The position numbers and the translations under genes were made by a program. The notes beneath the pieces are model-generated. The model was not told where the DNA came from. It did no database searches and worked only from the letters and a program-made list of their open reading frames with translations. Below are positions 28,929 through 38,933 of a stretch of 55,168 nt of DNA, piece after piece. Every line of letters begins with the position of its first letter. Within the stretch, counting starts at the first letter, position 1. Source of the DNA: a virus (lineage: Duplodnaviria > Caudoviricetes); IMG/VR virus record IMGVR_UViG_3300031673_000058, positions 1 to 55,168 of that record. One strand, given 5' to 3'.

Positions 28929-29626
28929 TATACGCGCTTGATCCCACAAATAACACATCGCTCATAACCAGCTTAAAAGCAGCTTTGACGAGCGCGGGTA
29001 TTTTACAAACCTTGCACTACGAAGATGCTGCAAATCTGATTGTCACATTGACCCGCAATAACCGGGTCTTCAAATTTACAGCCTCTAGTATACGGTATCT
29101 CACATACTACGGCACAAGTTACGTGTCTGGCGTTACCATTGCCGACTCGGTCACTTTGAATAGTGTGCAGTCCGGCACAGGCGTCTCGGATGCATTGATC
29201 GTCACCGGCGATTTGTTGGCTATTGTTGAGTATCGCGGGGCAACCTATACATATGATGTACTCATCGGAAATATAAATAATGAGCAGCAAACTAGCATAG
29301 CATGGGGATGGTCATCCATTTCCAGTGTCCCACTGCTGCACAACACGGTAAACATGACGCAGATGTACATAAATGTTTACCCTAAAGCATTAGCTTCGAT
29401 GGACGGCAAGTATTATATGTCGGATGTGGTGTGTATGAACAACGCTCTTGTGTTGGAGGGTATAGGCGTCAAGGGTCTCAAGGCGCTGCACATGGGGATG
29501 AATACATCTAATGCCTATGTCGTCGTCGGGAACGATGTGATCGTTCCAGGGGGAAGGGCCAATGCAGATGACGACGCCATTTTCAACAGCCTATACATTC
29601 TAAATGCCGTAACCTGGACACCATGA
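28925..29626 (+). CDS. Hypothetical tail-associated protein (lower GC)
   Basis: ATGA overlaps at both ends; beta-rich. Confidence 0.65.
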   Translation: MIYALDPTNNTSLITSLKAALTSAGILQTLHYEDAANLIVTLTRNNRVFKFTASSIRYLTYYGTSYVSGVTIADSVTLNSVQSGTGVSDALIVTGDLLAIVEYRGATYTYDVLIGNINNEQQTSIAWGWSSISSVPLLHNTVNMTQMYINVYPKALASMDGKYYMSDVVCMNNALVLEGIGVKGLKALHMGMNTSNAYVVVGNDVIVPGGRANADDDAIFNSLYILNAVTWTP

Positions 29627-31869
29627 TCAAAAACGATAAGCAGTTAGGGAAGCCATTCACGCACTTCGGCGCAACTGCGGCGGCGATTGAAACACTGAGC
29701 GCCGAAGAAGGCATGGCAGCCTTTGCCACCAACACCAAGCAATTCGGGTTCTACAACAACACGAATTGGCTATGGGCGACGGCCACGCCAGCCGCGAATG
29801 CTATTCCCATTTCCAACGCGGCGGCAAATCTGAACGCCTGGATTGCAGCAGGCACGCCTACGTCACTCGATGTAGCCTCTGTAAACACGGAAGGGGTCGG
29901 CGCGGAATTTGCGCGCGCGGCGCACATCCATCAAGTCATCACCGACAACAATCCGGGCGCGGAGGCCGCTATTCTGGCGAGCAGCGATGACGGCTGGTTG
30001 ACGCTGGTGCGACTCAACACCGATACGATTTCCGACCGCAGCGGCGGGAATCTGTCCATCGCGCCGACCGGTGATCTCGAGCTCGATCCCACCGGCGCGC
30101 AGGTGCGGGTGATGGCCGCGCACACGTTGCAATCCGATCATTACGCCTCGCAGACGACGGGGTGGGGCATCAGTTACGCTGGCGGCGGCGATTTCCGGTA
30201 CTTGTACGCGGACGAGTTGCACGTCAAGTCGTTCATCGCTGATTTGGAGCAGGCTTTGGCGGGCGGGCAGATTATCACGAAGAGCGTGGCCGTGTTGAGC
30301 CGGGATTTTACTGCGCCGGCGGCAGGTGAAGCAACGACGCTGTATGTGCAAGATTTGCCCTCCGCCGAGAATATGGCGGTCTTCGAGAGCGGCGACATCG
30401 TGCGCGTGCGGACGTTCAGTCGGGCGGACGGCAGCTTGACAGTAGCCGACTGTTGGGGAGTGGTGACAAGCTACACCGATTTGAGCGACAAGGAACAAAG
30501 TTGGACGTTCACACGCTCGACGGGCGGCAACTCCGGGACGATGACGGCAGCGACGGTGGTGGCTGCCGACGCTCTGGTGCTGGACTACGGCACAACCGGC
30601 AATGGGTTCTATGAGGTGAACGCGATTGACGGGTTGTATGCCGAGAACAGCCCGTACAGCCAGATCGTGACGTGGGTAACACATCCGGCGACGGGAAAAA
30701 CCGTGCGCGTGCGGATGGGGAATTTGCACGGTATCACGGCGACGACAGAATATGGGCTATTCGCCGGTGATGGGGTCGCGGCGGGAGATGCCTACATCCG
30801 GCTGACAGATCAGAATTTCGAGCTACACAACCTCGACATGGCATTCTACGACGTGGGGAATGTGCAGCGGATCGGGATTGATCCTGGCGCGGGCAGTACC
30901 GATAATCTGATGTGGATGGGGGCAAGCTCGGCCAGCGTGCAGTTCGCCGTGCGAGGCAATGGCGACGTTTATCTGACCGACTGTAATCTGAGCATCACTG
31001 ACGGCAATTTCACTCTCAAGACTACTGCGAGTGGGGCGCGGGTGCAGATTGACGCGAACGGCATCAGCGCATATAGCGACGATACCACGCAGACGGTGAG
31101 CCTCGAAACAGATGGCGACTTCTTCGCCGGGAGCGACATCGCCGCCGCTGCCACCACGTCTCTTGCTGTGTTCGCCAATGCGCAGACGTACAACTCCGAG
31201 AATATGGGGACCAGCGACGTGCTGTTGGGGGATAACAGCAGCGGCAAGTCGAATTTGTTGTGGGACAAGAGCGACGGCGCGTTAAAAATCCGGCAAGGAA
31301 CGGAGAGCCGGATCATCTTCGATCCTGACGGCCTGATGCGCTTCGAGTACAGCGCCAACGGGGAGACTTACAACAGCATCTTGTGGAGTGTGAGCGGGGA
31401 CGCTAAGGCTTCAATTGGAGTCGGCATAGCTCCTTTTACAACCTCCGCTTATACGCTCGATCTCAGGTGCGGATATGCGCGGCAATCGGGAATCAGCATC
31501 ATCTCCGGCGAATCATCCACGAGCGATGATGAAATCCGCATGGGCATCAACGCCGATCAACTGGTGATTGCGAACAGTCAAATTTCCCTGAACTCCTACG
31601 TAGAACTGGTCAGTGTCCAAATGGCCTTCTATGACAGTTCGTCGAATCAACTTGTACGGCTAGGCAATATGGGGACGACCGTTGCAGAGATCACCGGCGA
31701 CATTGAGCTTGATGGCGACCTGATCGGCAGCGGAACTATTCAAACCGCTGCGGGATATGAATGGGATTTGGGCGCCTATGTTGATTCTGTTGTGGCGGAC
31801 ACCGGTTACGTGGATGTCACGATTGGCGGTACAACTTACAAACTTTTAGCACGAGTAGAAGAGGTATAA
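29623..31869 (+). CDS. Tail fibre/receptor-binding protein
   Basis: 748 aa, Gly/Thr/Ser-rich; ARAAHIH; RVRMGNLHG. Confidence 0.7.
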   Translation: MIKNDKQLGKPFTHFGATAAAIETLSAEEGMAAFATNTKQFGFYNNTNWLWATATPAANAIPISNAAANLNAWIAAGTPTSLDVASVNTEGVGAEFARAAHIHQVITDNNPGAEAAILASSDDGWLTLVRLNTDTISDRSGGNLSIAPTGDLELDPTGAQVRVMAAHTLQSDHYASQTTGWGISYAGGGDFRYLYADELHVKSFIADLEQALAGGQIITKSVAVLSRDFTAPAAGEATTLYVQDLPSAENMAVFESGDIVRVRTFSRADGSLTVADCWGVVTSYTDLSDKEQSWTFTRSTGGNSGTMTAATVVAADALVLDYGTTGNGFYEVNAIDGLYAENSPYSQIVTWVTHPATGKTVRVRMGNLHGITATTEYGLFAGDGVAAGDAYIRLTDQNFELHNLDMAFYDVGNVQRIGIDPGAGSTDNLMWMGASSASVQFAVRGNGDVYLTDCNLSITDGNFTLKTTASGARVQIDANGISAYSDDTTQTVSLETDGDFFAGSDIAAAATTSLAVFANAQTYNSENMGTSDVLLGDNSSGKSNLLWDKSDGALKIRQGTESRIIFDPDGLMRFEYSANGETYNSILWSVSGDAKASIGVGIAPFTTSAYTLDLRCGYARQSGISIISGESSTSDDEIRMGINADQLVIANSQISLNSYVELVSVQMAFYDSSSNQLVRLGNMGTTVAEITGDIELDGDLIGSGTIQTAAGYEWDLGAYVDSVVADTGYVDVTIGGTTYKLLARVEEV

Positions 31870-31871
31870 AG

Positions 31872-32246
31872 ATGGGACGAAAAATTGGCTTGTTGATTTT
31901 GCTGGCGGGATTGCTGATTGTTCCCGCAGTGTTCACCGGGGCGCAGGGGCAACGTGAGGAAGTGCTGGCGCTGGCGGGGAACACTGACGGTGACAGCGTC
32001 CTGGTAACGCTAGTCGGGGGAACCGGCGTGTGGGTGACGGAGATGCCGCACAACAGCGCCGCGAGCTACGACGCGCGTGACGCCGTCTGCGCTGTAGAGC
32101 AGGCGATGGTGACAGTGTGCGGGAGATACATCTACGTGGCGGTAAGTTGCGGGGATTGGCCGCCACAGACGTTTGTTTTTGAGACACGCATGACGTTTCC
32201 GTGCGCGCAGCCGACGACGGTATACATTCCAGTCGTGCAGAGGTAA
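31872..32246 (+). CDS. Small secreted protein
   Basis: Signal peptide; C-terminal VYIPVV. Confidence 0.6.
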   Translation: MGRKIGLLILLAGLLIVPAVFTGAQGQREEVLALAGNTDGDSVLVTLVGGTGVWVTEMPHNSAASYDARDAVCAVEQAMVTVCGRYIYVAVSCGDWPPQTFVFETRMTFPCAQPTTVYIPVVQR

Positions 32247-32310
32247 ACGGTAGACAGTAGACGGTAGACAGTAGACGGGAGACGGGAGACGGGAGAAAGA
32301 AGGAGAAAAT

Positions 32311-32631
32311 ATGAGACTCAGGCTTAATACTTGGCAACGGGTTCAACTGGAGATGCTCGTCGGCGCGGTTAAAGGCACAGCGGCGGCCATCCGCAAGGCG
32401 GTCCAACTGCTCGACATCCTGGAGATGAGCGACGAAGAAAAAGCCCAGGTCGGCTTTAAACAGGACGTGAGCATAATCAAGTGGGATGATTTGGAGCATG
32501 TGTGGGAGATTGAGATCGGGGATAGCAATCTCGCATCGTTCTTGCGGGAGCTGGTCAAGAGAAAAACCGATTGGACGGTAAACCGGAATGTGATCGGCAT
32601 CTTCGATCAGTTTGGAATTCAGGACGACTAG
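32311..32631 (+). CDS. Hypothetical protein (possible fibre chaperone)
   Basis: RBS AAGGAG; last gene of the late cluster. Confidence 0.6.
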   Translation: MRLRLNTWQRVQLEMLVGAVKGTAAAIRKAVQLLDILEMSDEEKAQVGFKQDVSIIKWDDLEHVWEIEIGDSNLASFLRELVKRKTDWTVNRNVIGIFDQFGIQDD

Positions 32632-32690
32632 CCGATGATTAACGGATGTCTTTGGGGCGGGTAGACCGTAGACGGGGCTGTTTTGCCCTG

Positions 32691-32790
32691 GAAATATCTG
32701 TTAATTGGTTTTAATAGACGTAAAAGCGCGGTAGACGGTAGGTGGTAGACGGTAGACGGGGGTTTTAGTGCGGTAGAAAACGCCTGTTAA
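32691..32790. other. Tripartite site 5 (additional arm at 32639)
   Basis: GAAATATCTGTTAA-ttggtt-TTAATAGACGTAAA ... AAAACGCCTGTTAA; 80-bp unit 32711-32790. Confidence 0.85.
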
Positions 32791-32866
32791 TGCGCGGGGA
32801 CAACCACGGATACGGAAATGGACGATGGGCAAAGCCCCGGAAGTTGTTGATTTCCGGGGCTTAGTC

Positions 32867-33808
32867 TTAGGGCAGGGACTCGCAGGCGATGCCGTCGTTG
32901 TCGGCATCCAGTCTGTGGATATCGCCGCGTCCCTGGTCGATGCAAAACTGGAAACACGCTTGCGCTGCCGCGTGGGTACGAAAGTCGCCGCAGTTGTAGC
33001 GGTTGGAGGAACAATCGCAGCCTTGTGATGGGGGCGGCGCGGGTGACGCGGTGGGCAATGGTTTAGGGGTTGCCGCAGGACGAGGGGTTGCTGTTGCCGG
33101 GCGGCGCGTGGCGGTAGCAGTGGGGCGCAACGTAGCTGTAGCGGTGGGGGTTGGTTGCCATAGGCCGCGTTGCACAGTGCGCGCTTCGGTTTGCGCGGCG
33201 ATAAAGACCTCCTCTAGCGCGACGTCGGGAGGGTAGGTACTGACCTGGGCGTATCCCTGCCGCACCAATTCTGCGTTGATAAACGTGCCGTCGGCAAGAT
33301 ACACATAACGCAACAATCGCCCGTATCGATCCGTTTCTGAGACATCCTTAACCAGGTAAACGAGCTGCTCCTCTACCAGCGCGCGGTTGGCTTCGGTCGC
33401 CTCTGCGCCCATCCACTCCACGGGCTTGCTAGGATGCTTGGTCTCAGGCGTATCAATTCCGATGTAGCGTACCGTAAAGATTTCCCCCTCGATCTGCACT
33501 TTGATGGTATCGCCGTCCACGATCTCAAGCACTTGCGCGGCTTCCCCGGCGGGCGTGGGGGTGAGGGTCGGCGTGGCTGTGGGCTTTGGAGTAGAAGTCG
33601 GCGCCGGCGCCGGCGTAGATGTCGCGGTCGCGGTGGCGGTCGCCGTGGGCGTGCGTGCCGGTCTCGCCGGTAGCGTCAGCGTCGCCGTCGCTACCGGTGT
33701 GCCGGTTGGTATAATCGTCTTACTTTGACAGGCGCAGAGCACACCCGACAAAGCCACACAGAGGAATGCTAAAAACGCGAAGTAAAATTTAAGGTTTCTC
33801 GATTTCAC
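32867..33808 (-). CDS. Thermonuclease (SNase) lipoprotein with Excalibur Ca-binding domain
   Basis: IVDGDTI, VRYIGIDTPET, DRYGRLLRYV, RGLW; LDADNDGIACE; lipobox LCAC; GTG start after AGGAG. Confidence 0.9.
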   Translation of the reverse strand: MKSRNLKFYFAFLAFLCVALSGVLCACQSKTIIPTGTPVATATLTLPARPARTPTATATATATSTPAPAPTSTPKPTATPTLTPTPAGEAAQVLEIVDGDTIKVQIEGEIFTVRYIGIDTPETKHPSKPVEWMGAEATEANRALVEEQLVYLVKDVSETDRYGRLLRYVYLADGTFINAELVRQGYAQVSTYPPDVALEEVFIAAQTEARTVQRGLWQPTPTATATLRPTATATRRPATATPRPAATPKPLPTASPAPPPSQGCDCSSNRYNCGDFRTHAAAQACFQFCIDQGRGDIHRLDADNDGIACESLP

Positions 33809-33910
33809 GATGCGGCTCCTTTCTATAGCTAATGTGCGCGCTGGGTGTAAAAATTGGTTTCTGTTTTGTAGCGCCACGAACCAAAAACGACAGTTAATGC
33901 ACTCTCCCTC

Positions 33911-33938
33911 TTGCAATGTTCAAAATTGAACATACAAT
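33911..33938 (+). promoter_or_regulatory. Promoter with a palindromic operator in the spacer
   Basis: TTGCAA-16-TACAAT enclosing ATGTTCA-aaat-TGAACAT (33916-33933). Confidence 0.6.
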
Positions 33939-33972
33939 AATACATGTAATTTCACTTCAATGGAGGTACGCT

Positions 33973-34152
33973 ATGGTTTGGACGGCCAGCAGACTATCAC
34001 AGGAAGCTGGATTGACTCGGCAGCACATCACGCGACTTCTTCGCACCGGGAAAATAAAGGGCGAGAAATTAACATCGGGATGGATTATCAACGACGAAGA
34101 CGCCAAGAAATTTCTCGATGAGAAGAAGAAGCAGTTACAATCTGTTGAGTAA
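33973..34152 (+). CDS. HTH_17/excisionase-like protein
   Basis: GLTRQHITRLLRTGKIKGEK..GWII; adjacent to attP; RBS GGAGG. Confidence 0.75.
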   Translation: MVWTASRLSQEAGLTRQHITRLLRTGKIKGEKLTSGWIINDEDAKKFLDEKKKQLQSVE

Positions 34153-34254
34153 TCCAAACCGTGGGGCGCGCCACCCGGCAAGAGTCACGCGCCCCACTAC
34201 CCAACCAGCACATTTACAAGCGCATACAACCAGAGGCGAGCTAACAACTTGTTC

Positions 34255-34378
34255 GTTGTTAGTCTGCCGCCAGTTTTAACGCCAGAAACGCGCCTTCGGA
34301 CTCCTCGGGTAGGACTCGAACCTACAACCAACCGGTTAACAATCCGAGCAGCCTGTAAATTGAGGGCAGACTAACAAC
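34255..34378 (-). other. attP: 3' half of tRNA-Asn(GTT) at 34301-34341 with flanking arm repeats
   Basis: Minus strand TGTTAACCGGTTGGTTGTAGGTTCGAGTCCTACCCGAGGAG (anticodon loop to acceptor stem); inverted GTTGTTAGTCTGCC / GGCAGACTAACAAC; next to the integrase 3' end. Confidence 0.88.
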
Positions 34379-34393
34379 TGCAACGTTGCTCGC

Positions 34394-35452
34394 TCACCTC
34401 TCCACCAGACGGAACAACTCCGCCGCCAGCGCGCGAATCCGCGCGTCGCCGCTCCCGCTGCCCCGCTGCCCCAGGGCAGCCATCCGCTCGGCCACCTGAT
34501 TGTGTAGCATCACCGAGTAGATCGCGTCCGTCGTCCCCATCTGTTCGTGCATGAGGTTCTGAGAGACCGCCTTAAAATCCTCCATCGTGTCGCAGAGGCT
34601 CAGCGCGTACACAGCAAACCCGTGGCGGAACTTATGCGGGCTGCGATACGGCAACCCGGCGCGTACACACAGCATCTCCAGGTGGCGCGCCAGATTCTGC
34701 ACCCTGGCCTGCCCCGGAGTTTGTTCTTCCGCGAACGCCTCACCGGTGCGATCCAGCAGGGCGTACCACGGGGCAGCGGGTTCGAGCGTCCGGCGCGCCA
34801 ACGTATCCCAGGCGCGCGCGACATCGAGCAGCGGCCCCACTTCGGCGGATTGCAAAAGGTACGTCGTCGCCGCCTTCCCGTTCTTCGTCCGCACGCCCAG
34901 GCTCGGCCACTGATGGACCTCGAAGCGTTCCAGATTCACCGCAGACAGCGGCAGAGTTACAAACGCCGTCGCGCGCATCCCGCTGAGGAACAACATGCAC
35001 GCCGCCGCGCGGTCCCGCTGCTCGGTAAGCGTTCGGGCCGGCGCCGTCGCCAGCGCCAGCGCATCGTCGAGAGTGTACAGTTCCCTCTCCGGCACGGCCT
35101 GCACGTGTTCGTTCACCGGGCGCAGCGTCGCCCAGAAGGAGCGCGGGGGATAAGCGTCGGGGTAGCGTTCCCGCGACCACTCAAAAAACGTCCGGCAGAT
35201 CTCCAACAGCTTCCCCTGGTATCCAGGCGACAGCGCACCCAGGTCGGCCAGATAGCGCGGGAACACCGGACGCAGGTCGGCAGCGCGGGCGAACGGCGTA
35301 TCCGTAGCCCAACGTAGGAGATGATCCACGGCGACGCGATACAGCGCCACCGATCCGGGCGCCGCGTGCAGCACCTCGCTCCGGTAAGTGAGATAAGCGC
35401 GGGTATCGCGCCAATTGCGGCGACTGATCAGTACGTCGGGATGGCGTTTCAT
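34394..35452 (-). CDS. int: Tyrosine integrase
   Basis: SGMR, RTKNGK, HKFRH, LMH, IY catalytic set; ATGA overlap with the upstream gene. Confidence 0.9.
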   Translation of the reverse strand: MKRHPDVLISRRNWRDTRAYLTYRSEVLHAAPGSVALYRVAVDHLLRWATDTPFARAADLRPVFPRYLADLGALSPGYQGKLLEICRTFFEWSRERYPDAYPPRSFWATLRPVNEHVQAVPERELYTLDDALALATAPARTLTEQRDRAAACMLFLSGMRATAFVTLPLSAVNLERFEVHQWPSLGVRTKNGKAATTYLLQSAEVGPLLDVARAWDTLARRTLEPAAPWYALLDRTGEAFAEEQTPGQARVQNLARHLEMLCVRAGLPYRSPHKFRHGFAVYALSLCDTMEDFKAVSQNLMHEQMGTTDAIYSVMLHNQVAERMAALGQRGSGSGDARIRALAAELFRLVER

Positions 35453-35835
35453 TCCGCCACCTCCCGGCGCAGCCGGTTCACTTTTGCGCCGCATACCGCG
35501 CACCGCCCGCGCACCAGCTCCACTCCCGGCGAGTTTGGCGCGCTGCTTGTCTCCACCATTTTTCGCGCGGATCGGCAGCGTAAACAATACGCCTCGTCGT
35601 TGGCGAGGGGAATTTTACGCACCGCCGGCGCTGCCCGGTACCACGCCGCGAAAGCCTCGCCCACCACGTAGAGCCGGTTAAGCTCTTTGCGATGTGGGCA
35701 GCCCGCCGCGACCGCGCACTCGACGACGCGCCGCGCGCAGCCGATCTCGGCGGCCAGCTCTGAGAGCGTGTATTCCATCCGCAGCAGGCGGCGCAACCGT
35801 TCCGTCTGGGGTTGTGACAAATGAATTGATGACAT
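35449..35835 (-). CDS. HTH plus zinc-ribbon protein
   Basis: YTLSELAAEIG; AYCLRCR...GRCAVCGAKV. Confidence 0.7.
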   Translation of the reverse strand: MSSIHLSQPQTERLRRLLRMEYTLSELAAEIGCARRVVECAVAAGCPHRKELNRLYVVGEAFAAWYRAAPAVRKIPLANDEAYCLRCRSARKMVETSSAPNSPGVELVRGRCAVCGAKVNRLRREVAE

Positions 35836-36151
35836 CGACTATCCTCCGTTTCAGTTTTTTTGAGACGGAACTTAATTATAGGATAGTCCTCTACATAGGG
35901 GGCATTCCAAACCGGGGCGTGTCTTGGCAGGCCGCCCCGGATGACCCTCATTATACAGCAATTTTTTAGCATTTCGTCGCTCGACCGCCCGTAACAACGG
36001 CAAGAGAATCCCGGCCCCACTCGGTGGCTCGACGGCGGTCCGGCAACCTCCTCCGGCCGTCCTGGGGATTTACCTCCTTTGCCCCAGGACGGCAAGGGGA
36101 GGGGGAGAGTGGGAGAGTGGGTTGATTTCATTGTAGGGGAGGAGTTGGGGG

Positions 36152-36442
36152 ATGTTATTTTTGGTGATTGTTTTGAGTTTGTTTTGGGGCGTTTTGTGGG
36201 CGCTTTTTCTGCAACACAATCGATATGGGCGCTATCTGGCGCTAAGGCGCACGTGGGTTAGCGTTGTGGTCGGTGTGGGCGTGGACCTGCTGATTATGCT
36301 CTTCGTTGTTCCGCTCGCCGCCTGGCTCGCTGCCTGCGCCATTATGCTCGCCAGTAGTCTGGGGGTTATCGCCCGCAGTTTGTACAACGAGCACACGGAT
36401 GAGCAGGCGGTGAGTGAGGTGGGGGACGATAACCACGGATAA
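36152..36442 (+). CDS. Small membrane protein
   Basis: Three hydrophobic segments; RBS. Confidence 0.6.
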   Translation: MLFLVIVLSLFWGVLWALFLQHNRYGRYLALRRTWVSVVVGVGVDLLIMLFVVPLAAWLAACAIMLASSLGVIARSLYNEHTDEQAVSEVGDDNHG

Positions 36443-36458
36443 CCACGGATAGGAGAAA

Positions 36459-36695
36459 TTGACGATGGATGATTTTCTTAATGCTATGGGTACAAAGTCA
36501 AAAGACAAGCAGTTGAGACTGGTGCATATTTTGGAGACCGTGCTGAAATTGGTCGAATTGCCGGAGAAAGAGCTAGAGCGGCGCATGACTGCGTTGCGGA
36601 CAGCCATTATTGCCGACTACAACGAGATAGAGGATGAGGAGAATGGTAGGATGGTAGGAGATGGACAAGGTCGCCAATGTACGATTGTCGAATAG
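36459..36695 (+). CDS. Hypothetical protein
   Basis: RBS supplied by the linker repeat. Confidence 0.5.
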   Translation: MTMDDFLNAMGTKSKDKQLRLVHILETVLKLVELPEKELERRMTALRTAIIADYNEIEDEENGRMVGDGQGRQCTIVE

Positions 36696-36984
36696 GGTGA
36701 TTTGGGCCCTGGAAGACATTGGGGCGCACACGATCCACGCGCTGGCAGTATGGGAGAAGGCGCTCCAACGCGCCGAACTCAAGTGCGCCGACCCGGCCCT
36801 GCTGATCGCCCTGTCGAAGATCAAGAATGACCTGGCCGACATCCGCCTGCTGGCCCTCACCGCGCGCCGGCTCAATCTCGCCATCACCATCGCCAACATC
36901 ACCGAGCTGCTATCGCACACCGGTCCGCATTTCACCCTCACCGCCGCCGACGTGCCTGGCTTGTTAAAAGAGGTGTCGAACTAA
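36661..36984 (+). CDS. Hypothetical protein
   Basis: Operon packing; GC3-rich codons. Confidence 0.6.
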   Translation: MDKVANVRLSNRVIWALEDIGAHTIHALAVWEKALQRAELKCADPALLIALSKIKNDLADIRLLALTARRLNLAITIANITELLSHTGPHFTLTAADVPGLLKEVSN

Positions 36985-37511
36985 TGGACGTGGATACCAC
37001 CAATATCTATCCACTGCGCGACGTGTTCGGTCCGAGCTGGCCGTCCGTGGACGTACTGCGCCTGAAAGACCCCGATATTCGCCCGCAACTTTTGCGCGAC
37101 GAGAACATTGCGCAGCGCCGCGTCCTCACTCAAGCCATCAACGCCGTCATCAGGTCGCTGATGACGCGCTATAACATTCGTAATTTGTACGCCCTCGCGG
37201 ATATGCGCGAGCGTTACCAAACGTGCGCGATCGCCAACCTGGGCAAAACCGGGCGCATCTATCTCGATACCCTGTTCGGCGTTCGCTCTGCCGAGCAAGC
37301 GACGCCCGGCCCGTGCTACACCTACCCGCTGACCACGCTCTCCGGCATCGCCTACTGTGACCCGGTCACCGATTACAACGCCGGCAACTACTGCCAGAAA
37401 TGCCCACATCTCGAACAATGCCGCGAAATCGTCACACAACGCGATGGCCTCGCGCTGTGTGAAATCATCCTGGAAAGCGAGCTGATGCAGGAGGTCCGTT
37501 ATGCCGCCTAA
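36984..37511 (+). CDS. Hypothetical protein with an alphaCTD-like HhH segment and a Cys cluster
   Basis: NIRNLYALAD...IANLGKTG; CQKCPHLEQC...LCE. Confidence 0.55.
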   Translation: MDVDTTNIYPLRDVFGPSWPSVDVLRLKDPDIRPQLLRDENIAQRRVLTQAINAVIRSLMTRYNIRNLYALADMRERYQTCAIANLGKTGRIYLDTLFGVRSAEQATPGPCYTYPLTTLSGIAYCDPVTDYNAGNYCQKCPHLEQCREIVTQRDGLALCEIILESELMQEVRYAA

Positions 37512-37797
37512 CGCAACCGTTTTTGAGTGCTATGGTCACGGCATAGTAGGCGAAGCTGTTGTTATGGCCGCCAGCCGTTCACAAGCCATCCAGGCCTGTT
37601 GGGAATGGCTCGGATGGGAAATCACCATCGCGTTCAAAGCCCCGGAGCAGTATGCCCGTTGGCTTAACGGTGGGGGAACGGTCGAAACCCCCGTCGTCTT
37701 CGCCACCGACGGCGAGCACTTCAACGTGATTACCCATCGCCTCGAAGTCACGGCAGATGTTACACAGGGATGGGAGGCAATCTATGACCGCGAATAA
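37501..37797 (+). CDS. Hypothetical protein
   Basis: RBS AGGAGG; operon packing. Confidence 0.55.
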   Translation: MPPNATVFECYGHGIVGEAVVMAASRSQAIQACWEWLGWEITIAFKAPEQYARWLNGGGTVETPVVFATDGEHFNVITHRLEVTADVTQGWEAIYDRE

Positions 37798-38038
37798 AAG
37801 CAATGGCGTCCAGCCCCTCGTCTGCTGCGTTTGTCAGAACATCGTTGGCGTGATCAATACCGAGGCTCTGGCGCAGATGCTCGGCGCTGAAGATGTCTAT
37901 ATTTGCCGGATCTGCGCGGAATTCGACGAGACGTGGATCGAGTGGTCTCTCGCCGAACAACCTGTCGACCACTACGCGCACCTGATCAGCCGCGCGCTGC
38001 TTGCCGCAGAACTGGAGGCGCTCAATGTCCTTGGGTGA
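37784..38038 (+). CDS. Small zinc-finger protein
   Basis: CCVC and CRIC; RBS GGAGG. Confidence 0.55.
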   Translation: MTANKSNGVQPLVCCVCQNIVGVINTEALAQMLGAEDVYICRICAEFDETWIEWSLAEQPVDHYAHLISRALLAAELEALNVLG

Positions 38039-38267
38039 ATGGTATGACTATAACATTCTCAGCCTGCCCCCGCACTGCGTCCTGCTGCATGTCGAGGAAG
38101 AAATTGTCACAGAGTACACCAACAGCGCGGATTCCCGCGTGCGTCAAATTCTCGCCTGGTACGATTCCTATCTCGACGAATTTCACAACTCATCGGGCAA
38201 GCTGCGCGGTAAGGTGCTGCGTTGGCGGGTCATCGACCTAGAGGGGGAAAATAATGGGGCTGCATAA
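38025..38267 (+). CDS. Hypothetical protein
   Basis: RBS GGAGG; operon packing. Confidence 0.5.
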   Translation: MSLGEWYDYNILSLPPHCVLLHVEEEIVTEYTNSADSRVRQILAWYDSYLDEFHNSSGKLRGKVLRWRVIDLEGENNGAA

Positions 38268-38661
38268 CGATGTAGGCGCGCTTGGCGAACAGCTCATCGC
38301 CGTCCACCTGACGCAGATCGCGCCGGTGCAACCGAGCCGCGTCGCCGATATGAACTTCTATGGCGTGCAGATCGAGATCAAGACCTCGCGCGCCACACTC
38401 TACAACGGCCAAACGCGCGGCTACCAATTCCTGTTGGAAAAGTGTGGGCACACAAATTTACGCAACGTCGATGTGCTGATACTCATTTGCCTCGACGACA
38501 ACCTGGATCCCGTTGCCACTTATATTCTGCCCCCGGCGTTTGTGCTCTTAATGGTACGGGAGGATCGCAAGAAAATCACCATCCCGCTGAATCTCTCTTC
38601 GCCATTGCATATCTACCGCGACCGGTGGACGGTGATTGCGGATACGTATGAGCGGAGATAA
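38254..38661 (+). CDS. PD-(D/E)XK nuclease-like protein
   Basis: GALGE...AD...IEIKTS. Confidence 0.6.
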   Translation: MGLHNDVGALGEQLIAVHLTQIAPVQPSRVADMNFYGVQIEIKTSRATLYNGQTRGYQFLLEKCGHTNLRNVDVLILICLDDNLDPVATYILPPAFVLLMVREDRKKITIPLNLSSPLHIYRDRWTVIADTYERR

Positions 38662-38711
38662 CCACGGAGATAACCACGGATGGAAGAAATGGGCGATAGG
38701 GAGGCGCAGAG

Positions 38712-38933
38712 ATGATGCAGTTGAAAATCGTCCCTGAAGATCGGCACATGATTATCTCTGAGGCTACCGAGGTACGGGTGCTGTTCGATCGCGAAGTGGT
38801 TGAGGTATGGAGCCCCCGCGCCGGATTGTGGGCGTGCGTTGGGGTTCCATACGAGGAATTGCGTTCGTTCATTGCGGCGCTGAAGAGCGCGCAATGTCTG
38901 TTAGAGGAGCAACGGGAGAAATATGAAAACTGA
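38712..38933 (+). CDS. Hypothetical protein
   Basis: RBS GGAGG; operon packing. Confidence 0.5.
   Translation: MMQLKIVPEDRHMIISEATEVRVLFDREVVEVWSPRAGLWACVGVPYEELRSFIAALKSAQCLLEEQREKYEN

Noticed and set aside
27960-31869. Diversity-generating retroelement or invertible fibre shufflon
   Set aside because: No reverse transcriptase, no TR/VR pair and no inverted fibre-tip cassettes seen.
33020-33710. Low-complexity repeats in the nuclease gene
   Set aside because: They encode ordinary Pro/Thr/Ala linkers.
34301-34341. tRNA gene
   Set aside because: Only the 3' half (anticodon loop to acceptor stem) is present, with no D-arm or 5' strand; interpreted as the attP core.
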